A stretch of 64,000 bases of DNA from Cercozoa sp. M6MM (taxonomy: Eukaryota; Protista; Endomyxa: Ascetosporea): assembly GCA_040357565.1 (NCBI GenBank), contig JBDODJ010000001.1, one strand, 5' to 3'. Below, piece by piece: positions 1 to 14,607 of this stretch (position 1 is the first letter of the stretch; the number at the start of each line of letters is the position of its first letter). The notes beneath the pieces are model-generated. The model ran no database searches. It was given only the letters and a program-made list of their open reading frames with translations, and had not been told where the DNA came from. The translations under genes and the position numbers were made by a program.

Positions 1-3000
1 AGTCATCTACGACACGAGCATCATCGATCTTTTCCAGTGTCAGTTCCTCGGTGCCGAATTTCAGCCGCTTTGCGGTAGTTAACTTTTCTTGCTCCGCGCG
101 CAAGAGATCATCAGCGTGCTTTTGTTGTTGTTTCAGTGTTTTGTATGCGGAGTGCATCATCGCAGCCTCCTGTCGTGCTTCACTGGCCATTTGAGATACT
201 TCTGTCTCACGAGCCTGCAGTTTGGCGATCTGGTCCGAAGTCAAGATAACGACATCCTTCGCCGACTTTGGCAACATGTCTAGTGGCGACTTCCCAGCTG
301 CCGTACCAGGCTCGATCGACACGTGAATTTGTCGCTCGTTGAGCACGAAAAAGACATGAATGAGATTGAGCTCGCTCATTTTCGCATTCTGCAGCGCAGC
401 GATTTGCTTCTCAATTTCGGTGAGCCTCCCCTGCATTTCGATAAACCGAGAACGCAACTCCTTTGCTGTAGTATTGAGCGAGACAATTTGTGCTTCGAGC
501 TCTGCCAACTCTGCTTCTTGCTGCCAGCGCTTGTCGCGCACTGCGAGCACTCGTTCGAACACCAACGGGTCGCAGTTTGGAGGACACAAATCGTCTCCAC
601 TGTCGTTGTCGGATAAATCCCAGGTCGAAGCAGACAGTAACGAATTTGATTCAGAGCTGGTGCTCTTTTCCAGTCGTTGCTGTGACGGTTGGCGCATGTA
701 GATTTTCAGCAGCGCGGAGTAGTTCTTGCCATGCTCTCCGCCGACTGCGCCAAGAAACTGCTCTCGGACAGCTGTTTCGGCTTGTTCCCATTGTTGCACT
801 TTGTCTGTCATGGCACACAGTCCATCTTGCGTGCGTCGCATGCGCTCCTTAATCAACATCTGCTTTTCTCGGAGTTTATCTTGCTCATACAGCAGCTCTT
901 GCTCTCGCCCATCAAACTTGCTGTCGGCAAGAGTTTTCTCCTCTCGAAGCATCGTCAACGATCTCAGATGCCCTACCATCAAGTCGGCGGCCAACTTCTC
1001 CCTCTCAATCGTCAGTTCATGCAGAGAATGGTCGAACGAATCCAGTCTTTTGCGAATCGATTGCGTCAAGGTCAAGTGCTTAACCCAAAACTCTCGGAAG
1101 CGAATCTGGAAGAACTTCGTGGAGGCAGAGACTTTGACGTCATCGACGGACGACAGACGAGTCACTTGCGAAGTCGTGATTGCTCCCTGCTTTGGCTTTT
1201 CGAATCGAGTCATTTTCGGTTCGTGCGTCAGCTCAGTGGAATTTTCCGTGTGTTCTTCAACTTGTTGGTCTGTCACTGTCCATCTGGCTTCCACGTACTC
1301 GTACTCCGGAGGCACAGCAGCTACGGCCAGTCTGTCTTTCAAGTTTTGAGCTGCCCCAACCTCGAACTCGAACCTGGACAAGAAGTCATTGGGAACACTT
1401 CGTGCCAGCTTCCGAACCAACAGATTCTCAATTTCCATCAGAAGTCGGACATCAACGTTACACGACTCCACTATCTTTTCCTTCTGCGAACGTAACTCTC
1501 GCACGCGAGAGTTGAAGTCGATTTTCGCCCTTTTCATTTCATCTTCTAGCAGCGCACGTCGTCGTCGTATCGTTTCTGCCGACACTCGTGACTCCTTGGG
1601 AACGGTGTAGTCTTTGCTCGACTTAAGGTTCAGAGCGCCGGAAGAAACGATTGCCTCATCAACTCGTTTCTGCAGATCCGGGTTTTTCCACGTCGACGCC
1701 GGGGTGCCGGCTTCCCATTCCTCGAGCAACCTCGCTCGTTCGTGGCGAAACTTTGGCAGATTTTTTGTTCGCATAAGGTTATCCACTCGAGTCTTCTGCA
1801 CTTGTTCCGCGCGTTTGAAGAGCGACACTTCCGACTCGTTCGTTTTTCTTGCCGACGAGGTTGAGGTCGAAGTGCTGCTTTTATCCGCGGCTTCGTCACT
1901 GTCGTTCTCGGACCCTTCGGCTTCTTCATTAAACTCGTGCTGTTGAAGCTCAAGCTTGATGTCCTCAGTGTGACCTATAGGATTGATGTATGCTGTCTAA
2001 GCTGCTTTTTGCGTACTTTGATAGGAGCTCAACGACGACAGTTAAGGCTTACCCACAATCTCGAACGAGCGTACCACCTTGTCCAAGCCGAAGCCGTAGA
2101 CTGCGTACTCTTCCTCCTCAAGGTTCTCACGATACGTTCGGTCGAGTTTTTTGAACGCCATCTCTGCTTTCTTTTCATGCCATCGCAGCTCGCGTCGCTT
2201 TTTCTTGATTGCATCGATGCATCTTTGCTTCTGTCGGTCAAAGAATTGTCGGTCCAAATCGATCTGATCGTCAGGCAGCTGCAGCTCCTTCGGAATATTG
2301 TCGTGTCGCTCCTTAAAAACTCGCCATCGTTTTTTCAGGTCTTCAAGTGCCTCTGTCAGCTGTGCTTTTTTCTCCTCTGCGATTTGTATTCGCTGTTGCT
2401 GCTGGATGTTCAGCAACCGAGAGCGATAGTCGAATTTTTCTGCACGGATATCCTCGACGACCTTCGTCGGTACGTGGAGCTCTTGGGGCTTCTTTGCTTC
2501 CGCAAGGGACACAGGTAGCTCCTCGAGCATCAACACCGAGGAGGCATCACCTGAGCAGAGTAGGGTTTCGACCACTCCCACGCTCGCGACTATTCCATGC
2601 ATCACATGACCATGCGAACTCCAGCGTGTTTTCGCAGGTTCATCGTCGTGAGGTTGAGCAAGTTCTGTGAGGCCATCGCTCCATCGCAGAACGAAGGACA
2701 ATGGCGAGTTCTCCTCTTCAAATAATTGTACGCCAACGATGATTGAATGCCCGAGCTCTCTCGATTGCTCGAGCGAAACCGACCTCACCACCGCTCCTTC
2801 GCCGTCGATTGAAAACAGTGTCTGTGGCATTGGAGACTCAGTAGCAATCCAAACATTGCCTGTTGAATCCATCTCTGACATGCATGCCACGAAAAGACGT
2901 GTCTCTTGATTGCTTTCTTCTTCAGTTTCATCGCCTTCTTCGAGAGGTGGTAGCATTGGTTCGATAAAACTCACCTTGCTTTCTTTCTCCGTGGTTGGCC

Positions 3001-4686
3001 AAGATGCGACAAAGATCCGACCAAGCGCCGTGCCGCGCACGTCGAGGTCCTTGACGAGTAGATTTCTCGTGTAGCTTATGTAGGCCTGTTGCGGTCGATC
3101 ACAGTCACGAAGTCGCTTTCGCATCGTTTCCTCGGCGAAAATGCGAGCAAATCCGGCGATGATCAATCTGGTGTCTTGGGGCATCGAGACCATGAAAGCA
3201 AGTTCTCCCTTTTTTGAAGCTGCTGCCACTCGGTAATAATTGGAGGACGCATCGAATTGCACTCCGACAGAGGTGATAGCTTCTTTAAATGGCCGCTCCG
3301 TCGCCAACAGGGATACGGTGGAGCCATCCCAGTGAACCAAGCGCACCATGCCCGACTGGAAACCGAGAACTGCCACTGTAGTGGCGTCGGCGTTGAGGAG
3401 ATGCGCGGAACACGTAACACCCGAGGGGAATTCGATAACCGTTTCAGGGACGATCGTGTCGCTACCAACCTTTGAGCATCTACCTGACAGGAAGCAAGCC
3501 AAAAAGTGGCCAGAACTCTGACTGGGCACCACAGCTGTCACATCTCCTCGGAAAAGAGAAAACAACGTCGTCACATCGTCTGTGCCGGGTGCAGTAAGTT
3601 TACTTCCCTGATACACGTCGCCCCGAGATGAGATAACAATGAAGTCAGTGCCATTTTCGAGGACGTGAACATTGATGGCGGAATCTCCAAGTTGGATATC
3701 TTTCAACAAGTGAACGCACACTTCGTTGACCCCATCATCGGGGACCTTCAAATCAATTCCTTCAATATCCCACAGGCGCAAACGACAGTCATCGCCTGAC
3801 GTGAGCATTCTTTTCCCATCGTCGAGAATCTGCATTGACAAAATCTTGCCAGAGTGCAAAGGAGCGTCGTTGCTTTTGAGCGCAAAAGAAGTGAATTCGC
3901 CGTCCCACACCAAGACGTCGCCGTACTCCGTGGTGCTCAAAGTTCTGCCAGGCACAAGCTCAAAAGCATTCTGCACGTCACTGAGGTCGAAACTGCCAAA
4001 CTTTCCCACTTCCGGCAACAACTTGGGACCTGTGAACGTTGTTGCGAGCTGCCAGAAACGAATGTGCCCATGCCCGCAAGTGACGAAGTAGTTGTCGCGG
4101 TGCTCACTCCAAGCGATTTGAAACACCTCCTGTCCTGTCTCGTTGTTGCGGAGACGAGCAAGTTCATTCTCCCAATCCCACACAGTGAGTGTAAAGTCCG
4201 GCTCACTTCCTGCAGTTGCGAGCATCGTGCCACAGAGCGAGAACTCCATGGCTGAGAAGCGACTTGTCGTTCCGCCTCGTAGCAGTGACTTGCGTGTGAA
4301 GGTCAGCTGTCTCACGCAAAGCTCCGCAGCTTCTCCGAGCGAGTGTTTTGTTTCATCAAGAACGGAGTCAACAGAGAACACGTGGATCTGAGGTTCGTGC
4401 ACCGACGCAAGGGCAACAGCAAACACTGCATCACGTTTATTGAAGCAGAGACTGCTGATTGAGCCGTTGAACTCGGGTATAGCGAACACTCCTCGACAGT
4501 GTGGGTTCGTTCGCAAGGCGAAGAACACTTGTGAACCACTGTGCCAGGCAATCCACTCCTGCACAGACAAGAAAGCAATTTGGCATAGGCGACAGTGGGT
4601 CGGGTTTTATGGTGCGAGGTTTTTACATCAAAGAAGATTCGAGTGCAGCGCTGGTCGCTTGAGTCAATTCCAAAGGTACGCGCCAT
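1..4686 (-). CDS. CFAP44: Cilia- and flagella-associated protein 44 (WD40 + coiled coil), 3'-partial
   Basis: The 842-aa ORF 2042-4570 has WD40 motifs (LATAGSEPDFTLTVWDWE, FVTCGHGHIRFWQLATTFTGPKL, GKFGSFDLSD). After a GT-AG intron at ~1977-2052 the frame continues with LNLKSSKDYTVPKESRVSAETIRRRRALLE, typical of CFAP44, and appears to run off the window start. A short first exon starts at ATG 4686. Confidence 0.85.
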
Positions 4687-5235
4687 AGCTCGCTCAGTTC
4701 ACTGAGCCCCGATGGCAGACACCTTTAATTTTAGAGCTGAGCGAGTCTGTCACTAATTACCGCAGCGCATTTCTCTTTCTCCGCGCGGACCCTCCGTCTT
4801 GAATCGCTTGCTCTACTGGGTAAACTTTAGAAGGCAAACAACGTGCCAACCGAACTAAAGCACAAGCCTCAAACAAATGGCACCAGACATCCGAAAAGGG
4901 CATTTGGCTGATCCACGCGGCACCGTTGACTGGGCACTGTTGACAGTATTGGCACCAAGCGATCATCATCTTTTCACAACAGCACGAGCGTCCTCACACG
5001 GAACATCCTCTTGGTCCCGCTCGCTCACAGCGAAGCGCGAGCTTTGGAGTGCGTGCACTCGTGTGTGAACTCATTTGAACTACAGTGGCTTCGTAGAGTG
5101 CCTCAGCAAGCTGTCGTGTGTTTGTGCCATTTTTTCGTCGAATTGTATGTTCCGTGTTCCCATGACATTCTTTGTGCTTTTGTGCTTTTGCTTGCTGCAC
5201 CAGCATGCTGGCAATCGTTGCGCTTGTGTGTAGAA

Positions 5236-7513
<2,278 letters not shown>

Positions 7514-7966
7514 CCGTGCTGTTGGATCGGATGTGACTTCGACGGTTTTGATCTATGATGTTTTATGTTGTTGATAGCTTTCCTTTCTTAAACCCCGGTT
7601 CAGCAGTGTGGTAGCTTCACACGAAACGAGCCGGAGCGGTGCGGAAACCTGCGGAACTCGATTTCCTTTCCACAAATCAAAAAATGGAGTGTAGCCAGAT
7701 TTCTGGATTGTTGCCGAGCCAGCAGCGACATCTTTCTCAGTCGTTTCACAGGTAGGTATGTCATAATTCATCTGCATTAAGCTGGTTTCTGGGACGTGCA
7801 GCAGGGAGCGGGATGTTTTTTTTTTCGCTGCCGCTGATGCGCTTTGCTAGTTTCGCGTGTGCTGACTGGCACCTCGGACCTCTTGGCCTGTTATTGGGTT
7901 GTTTCATGCAAGCTGATCATGGGCGAAATTAAATAACGCTGGCAGACTTTGTTGTTGTTTGCAGAA

Positions 7967-8377
7967 ATGAACCGCGTTATCGCTCGTAAGCTGGCGAACA
8001 ACGTTGTGCGCGCGCCGCAGGGCTGGTCGCAGTTGAAGACGCTCAAGACGGCGTCGCTTATCGGCAAGGGCGCCACTGTCGACACGGTGGCGCTTGCCCG
8101 GTCGCAGCCGCTCGGCTCGGTGCAGTCGTTCGTGTTCAACTTCGCCAAGGTCACATTCTTCTCCAGCGGCATCTTCTTCTGGCTCACGCCGGCCACCAGT
8201 ACGTTGTTCCTTGTTCTTCTGGCTGCGCAAGACATCTATCCTGGTGTATATGCAGTGTTCCTGCTTTGGGTGAACGTCCCGCTGGTCAAGCGCCTGCGCG
8301 ACGAGCCGCTGTCTTCGTGGATGCCAAACAAGTGGTTCCCGGACTTCAAGCACTCGGGTACCATCTGGCGCTTTTAA
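7967..8377 (+). CDS. Small membrane protein of unknown function, possible mitochondrial presequence
   Basis: Intronless 136-codon ORF with strong C/G-ending codon bias, a basic N-terminus lacking acidic residues, and hydrophobic segments. Confidence 0.65.
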   Translation: MNRVIARKLANNVVRAPQGWSQLKTLKTASLIGKGATVDTVALARSQPLGSVQSFVFNFAKVTFFSSGIFFWLTPATSTLFLVLLAAQDIYPGVYAVFLLWVNVPLVKRLRDEPLSSWMPNKWFPDFKHSGTIWRF

Positions 8378-8835
8378 GTCAACAGCCTTGGACACGGCTT
8401 TCCACTCGACGCATCATCATCGCATACCGCGCGCGTCCGCCGCTCGCGCGTTCACTTTCGTTTTACCGTGCACCTTAAGCTCCATGTTACTGCGGCTCAG
8501 TGGCCCAATCGTATCAGCAAAGGAAATAAAGGGAAATAAGCTAAATCGAGTCACGTCATTCAGGCAGCTAAAACACTCGACGCGTGGGCTGTGACCTCTA
8601 CGGGGGACGGGTCGAAATGACCACAGTGCACAAGCAGTTTTTTTCCGTTCAAGTTCATTTTAGTTCCCGCCCTAAAATCGTACGCGAAAGAAACGAAACT
8701 TCAGTCTTAACAAGAAGCCGTACGTAAGCTCGCTGGGAACTTGAAATGTATCGCGTTAGTATATTCACCTTTCAAGTTTCAAGTTTGAGTCCTCAAGAAG
8801 TGAGTTGGGTCTGAGCGGGGCATGACAGATGTCAA

Positions 8836-11177
8836 TCAACGGTACAGAGCAACGTCTGGAGTGCGCTGCATTGGGGGCCAGAGCAGGGGGTCCTTGATCT
8901 GGGGTTGCTGAGGCTTGCCCTTGCGTTCAGCGACGCTTCGTTGCGTGGATAACTTCAGCTGCAGCTTGGCAGGCTTCTTGGGAAGCGCATCCAAATCGAC
9001 GGTGTTGTCAGGTGGCGACATCGGCGAAACAACTCGACGGGGTGCACGGACAATGAGCTTCTTGGCTTTCGAGTTGCCGCTTCCGCGTTTGGAAAATTGG
9101 CCACTTGAGTTCGTGTTGACTTTGGTGTTTATACTCTCAGTTTCGGCAGCAGCCGGATTACTCTTGTTGCCCTTTATGGCCGAGGCGTTCTGTTTGGCCT
9201 GTTCTTCTTCTTGGACTTGAGCTACATGAGCAAAGACAGCGTGAGACTGTACAATTGACAAACGCCAGTGCTACCAAACAGCGCACTCGGTTCAAAGAAG
9301 TCCCCACGACGTCGTCCCGAGTGCTTGGCGAAAGCTTCGCGCAAGGATTCGCTGTCCGTGCGGCGGTGCGATGCTGAACTCGACGGCCCAGAGCGCCTGT
9401 AGTTAGGTTAACACGTTTCAACATTACGAACATGCCCCCAAAAGAAACAAATGCACCTCTTGCTGAAGTCGGTGCTCACACTGCCCATACTCGTACGAGA
9501 AGTGTGTTTAAAACTTCCTGCATCCGCTACGTCGCCCTCTGTCTCTCGTTGCCACTAACAGCGTCAATTTATATTGTAGAAGTACAGCTATGACACAACA
9601 AGGAAGGTAGTCATTGATACATAGCGAGGCAGACGGATAGCAGTCAGCTCATCACGTGATTGGATGTTGATGGTGCGCAGCATGCGCGTCGCATACGTGG
9701 GTACTGCTGCCGACACCGTGCCCGACAGGCGCCTCTGCGAACATGAAAAAGACAGTATTCCAAGAATACAAGAAAAAGATGCATTTGTTACAGCAATGTG
9801 ATCAGTGTCGAATCCAAGAATATCGCTGTCCTCGTCGAGTATCTTTCGAACTTCCGGCAACTTTAAAATGCCTCAGTATAATCATGTTAATAGAAGATAA
9901 ACATCTTGTTTGGATACAATTTCGTACCTTTAACAGTCCGTCAACAGTTGGTCGCTCATTGGGGTTTTTTAGAAGCATGTCGGACACGACTCCGCGCAGC
10001 TGTTTCTGCTCGAATCGAAGTCAAATGAGGGCACCCCAGGTTTTCTGTGGACAGCAAGTGTACAGAATAGCAGTTGCCGTTGCGAGAAGTGGCAGGAGGC
10101 TCGCGGCAGACCTTTTTTGACAATTGCATCAATGCCTGGCAGTGTATCATGTGTAGTTGTGATTAAGCAGTTCGCAGTAGCAAGATAGGCAAATGTACAT
10201 GAGGTGTGTTCTTGGAAGTGAGCGAGAAAGGGCGACAGCCATAGATCAACTGGTGACAGATGACACCAAGAGCCCACACGTCAACCGCTGGAGTATGGGC
10301 CTCATACTGCCACAGCTCGGGCGCGATATAATACGGCGTGCCCACCATACCCACAAGTCGTCCATCCTAATCAAATTAAGTTCAATGCAGCCTGTACGTT
10401 CGCTTTAGTGATACATAATAACCTACTTCAGCGCGATCACTACGCCGAGTAGCGCAACCGAAATCCGCAAGTTTGAACACACGGCGTTTCGTCCCAGGCA
10501 GCGTAGAAATCAAGATATTGGCCGGCTTGACGTCTCGGTGAATAATGCCATGCTGTGTTGAACAACACAAGTGTATCGGTCGGTATTGTGTAAATTGTTG
10601 TGTAGACAGGGTACCATGTGCACCAGTTTCAGAGCACACGCAGTGTGCGCCAATACGTTCCACACATAGTGTTCCGACGGCAAACGGCGTTTCTTTTTCA
10701 TTTTGCGCAACACAGCGTCGAGCGAGGACGTCGCCAACTCGGTGACAATGAAAAGCTCGTTGTTCTCGACGAAGGCAGCGATGTATTTGACCACGGTGCC
10801 GTGCTGCATCGAGGCCAGCAGGCGAATCTCATTCAGCTGGTCATTTACTGACTTTTCTGTAAGTCGCGTGACGTCTACGCGTTTCAGAGCATAGTGCTGA
10901 CCCTACCGGACACAACAAAAACCTTTTGCCAGCGCTCGCACAACCTTTCAAGTTAGCTTTCTTGGTACCGAATCAATGTGCTCGACCTTTTGAACCAAAC
11001 CGTAGCTGCCACGTCCCAGCTCCGACAGCACTCGGAACTCGGCAAGCGATCCCATTGCTCAACCTTCTGTAGCTGCGTCCACTGGGCCAGGTACAGAAAT
11101 ACTGCACACAAAGATCGGACCGCAAAATGCGATCAAGAAACGCCTTGTCGCGCGTTATCTCGCGTTTCTGACGCATG
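8836..11177 (-). CDS. NIMA-related (NEK-like) protein kinase (multi-exon)
   Basis: Spliced motifs LGRGSYGLV, YALKRV, NEIRLLASMQHGTVVKY, HRDVKPANI, LADFG, VGTPYYIAPELW, DVWALG, then a low-complexity basic C-tail. Both ends approximate. Confidence 0.8.
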
Positions 11178-11429
11178 AGTACTAAAGAACATTTGTGAGC
11201 ACACGTAAGCACTCGCTCAGTGATTAAAACGTGCGCTCAATCGGACAGTTTCTGAAATCGTTTTTGCTCTTCGCTGGTTCGAAAATTCTGGGAGCCAGGA
11301 CCTCACCAAACGCATTCTTTTGTGCAGCTTTCGCTTATACACGTGCTAGAGAGCTCAACCACAGAGTTAGAGCCACACTTTTGCAACCCATCTGACCTTT
11401 TTGAATCGGAGTTTTGAAAAAGAGTCGCC

Positions 11430-12349
<920 letters not shown>

Positions 12350-12474
12350 ACTACCGTCTACGCACGCATGTCTGCTAGATGCTGCGCTGCGGTGCCGCGC
12401 TTTGAAACGCGAAAATGTTGAATTGTCCGTCATTGAATTGAATCGAATAAGTAAGTATTAACTTAACTCACTTA

Positions 12475-12568
12475 GTTAGTTGAGTCTTCTAGGAAACCAA
12501 CTATGTAGTTCCCCTGCACCAGTCTGGGGTGGGTCACAAGAGCATGGCCGTGTCTACCGCCCGCTTAG
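12475..12568 (-). mobile_element. Short retroposon-like insertion (copy 1) with 16-bp target-site duplication
   Basis: Flanked by TAACTTAACTCACTTA at 12459-12474 and 12569-12584. The minus strand ends ...GAAGACTCAACTAAC(TAA). Homologous to 36489-36548. Confidence 0.7.
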
Positions 12569-12721
12569 TAACTTAACTCACTTACTTTAATCATGGCAAA
12601 TGAAATTTACGCACGCCACGCTAGTCCGTACCGGCGCGGTCGGTCGACCGGACTTCACGTACGCGAAATCATCGAATTTGATTCTGGAATTATCCAGCAT
12701 TAAACTCTTGGCGCGGTCGTT

Positions 12722-14225
12722 CTACATATTGATGCCGGAACCAGCGTTAGGATTGCTTTCGAGTGCAATCGTCGGCGTCGCCGAACTGTCGCTGGTTATG
12801 ACGACCAAGAGGTTGCTAACCCTGAACAAGGAACGCCCGATTCATTCTGCAAATCTCAGAGTCGAACTGAAGAGAATGTGAGAAAATGCACAAGCGAGCT
12901 CGCTCGCGCTCGTCAAAGTCGATGCCGCCTTCGTACAAACCTTGGACAGCACCACGTGCGATATCGACGGCACCCTGTAATATACAGATACAAATACGGT
13001 CGAATTAATTTCGCAAGGCGCACAAATGCTGTACGTCAACAACGATCTTGCGTGCATCGACGAGCGCTTCGGCCTGTTGCCGAATCAGCATGGCTTTGGC
13101 GATCTCAGGTGCGTCTGAATAAGTTTGAATTGCGTTCACACTGACACCAATGTACGCGAAGACAAAACAAAAGCAAACTTACATGCTAGGTCCGTCAAGT
13201 CGAAAGTCAGCACGCGTGCACCTGTATTTACGTATGGTACAAATAGACGAGTGCATTTGACAGGCAACTGAAGTGCTTTTGGACCTGCAACTTGCACACG
13301 TTGCTGTAGACCAGCGATTAGTTGGCGCTGGATTTGAGTGGCCTAAAAAGAAACCAGGATACGTATATACGCATACAAGGAGCTGGAAGTGCATACCTCC
13401 GTTTTGAGAGAGGGCTGGTCGTCTCGGGTTTCATAGGGATACTGTGATGCTACACGCTTTAGTGTCGCCAGAGCCTGCACGTTTTGGGAATGCAAGAAAC
13501 ACTAAGACGACGAAGGACATAACGCACTTGCGACTCGACAAAACTGCGAGCGTCTTGAACATTGAGTGCCGTGGCGCGGGTGTTCTCAAAGCGATACGTC
13601 ACGATAGCCGACAGCATCAGCGGGTTCCCTTTCGCATCGGCGACCTTTACGGTTTGCAAGTCGGCAGTCTGCGCGGCAGTAGACACCGCTCGTCCCTCTG
13701 CAGTCCAGGCAACGTTATTTGTTTGGCAACATAAACCCTGAGATAGAGATGCTGAAAGTACAGTACCGGTGCCACATGGGTTCACGATATAGCATCCCGG
13801 CTGACGTATCGAACCGTAGTACTTGCCAAATTAAATTAAAGAGTGGGGAGTCAAAGTAAAATCGCAGAGTTGACTGGTAGCGCCAGGGCAAGTTTACCGT
13901 GAGAAGTACTCGCTCTTCCTTTTCGGGAAGCACGACACACGAGCAAAGCCAGGCAGGGAAGCATCTATCGCGCACACAGCGGTTGCGCACAGGTACGTCA
14001 GGTCCAAAATTAAACAGTGCGGGTAGTACATGCCCGACAAGAAGCAGGCGAGACCGCCAGGACAGCAGCTGCACACACAGTTTACAACCAAAGAAGCAAC
14101 AATACACGGACACCATATTACAGGGAGGTAAGGATTTCGTCTTGACCCGGAGACCAATCAGCTGAAACGCCACCTATGAGCTGGTGTGGGTGGAACTCAC
14201 TATCTCCTTGGAGGTTTTCCTCCAT
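12722..14225 (-). CDS. SPFH/Band 7 domain membrane protein (multi-exon)
   Basis: Spliced VKVADAKGNPLMLSAIVTY, VASQYPYE..SLKTE, APEIAKAMLIRQQAEALVDARKIVVD, VSNLLVVI. Cys-rich hydrophobic N-terminus. Start approximate. Confidence 0.85.
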
Positions 14226-14607
14226 CGTCGGAACAACTCTTGAAGACACCACAGCTCTCCGAGGTCTATTGAGCGTTGGCTCGTCCCAGCGTGCTTTAAA
14301 TCACGTCACGCAGTGTTTAAACTCACCTAGAACAAACTTTGCTGGGGAAACAGCTTCAGGGCTGCTTCAGTTGCAAGAAACGCAAGTGAAGATTTCAGTA
14401 AATTTACTGTCAGTCTCGTTTTCGATCAAACAAGCTCGGACTAAATTTAAAATAAACTGACAAATGACCGGCTAGCTCATTTTCCCGAAGACGCACGGAG
14501 TTTCATAGGCCGTACATACAACCGCTCGCTCCTTCGGACAATCATGCCTAGTCGGAACTAAACTTAAGTTTATTTTTGTTGTGATAGCTTTGCGCCGTCC
14601 CATTTGG

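Noticed and set aside
89-2518. Long plus-strand ORFs (e.g. 689-1495, 1937-2518)
   Set aside because: They are antisense shadows of the CFAP44 reading frame.
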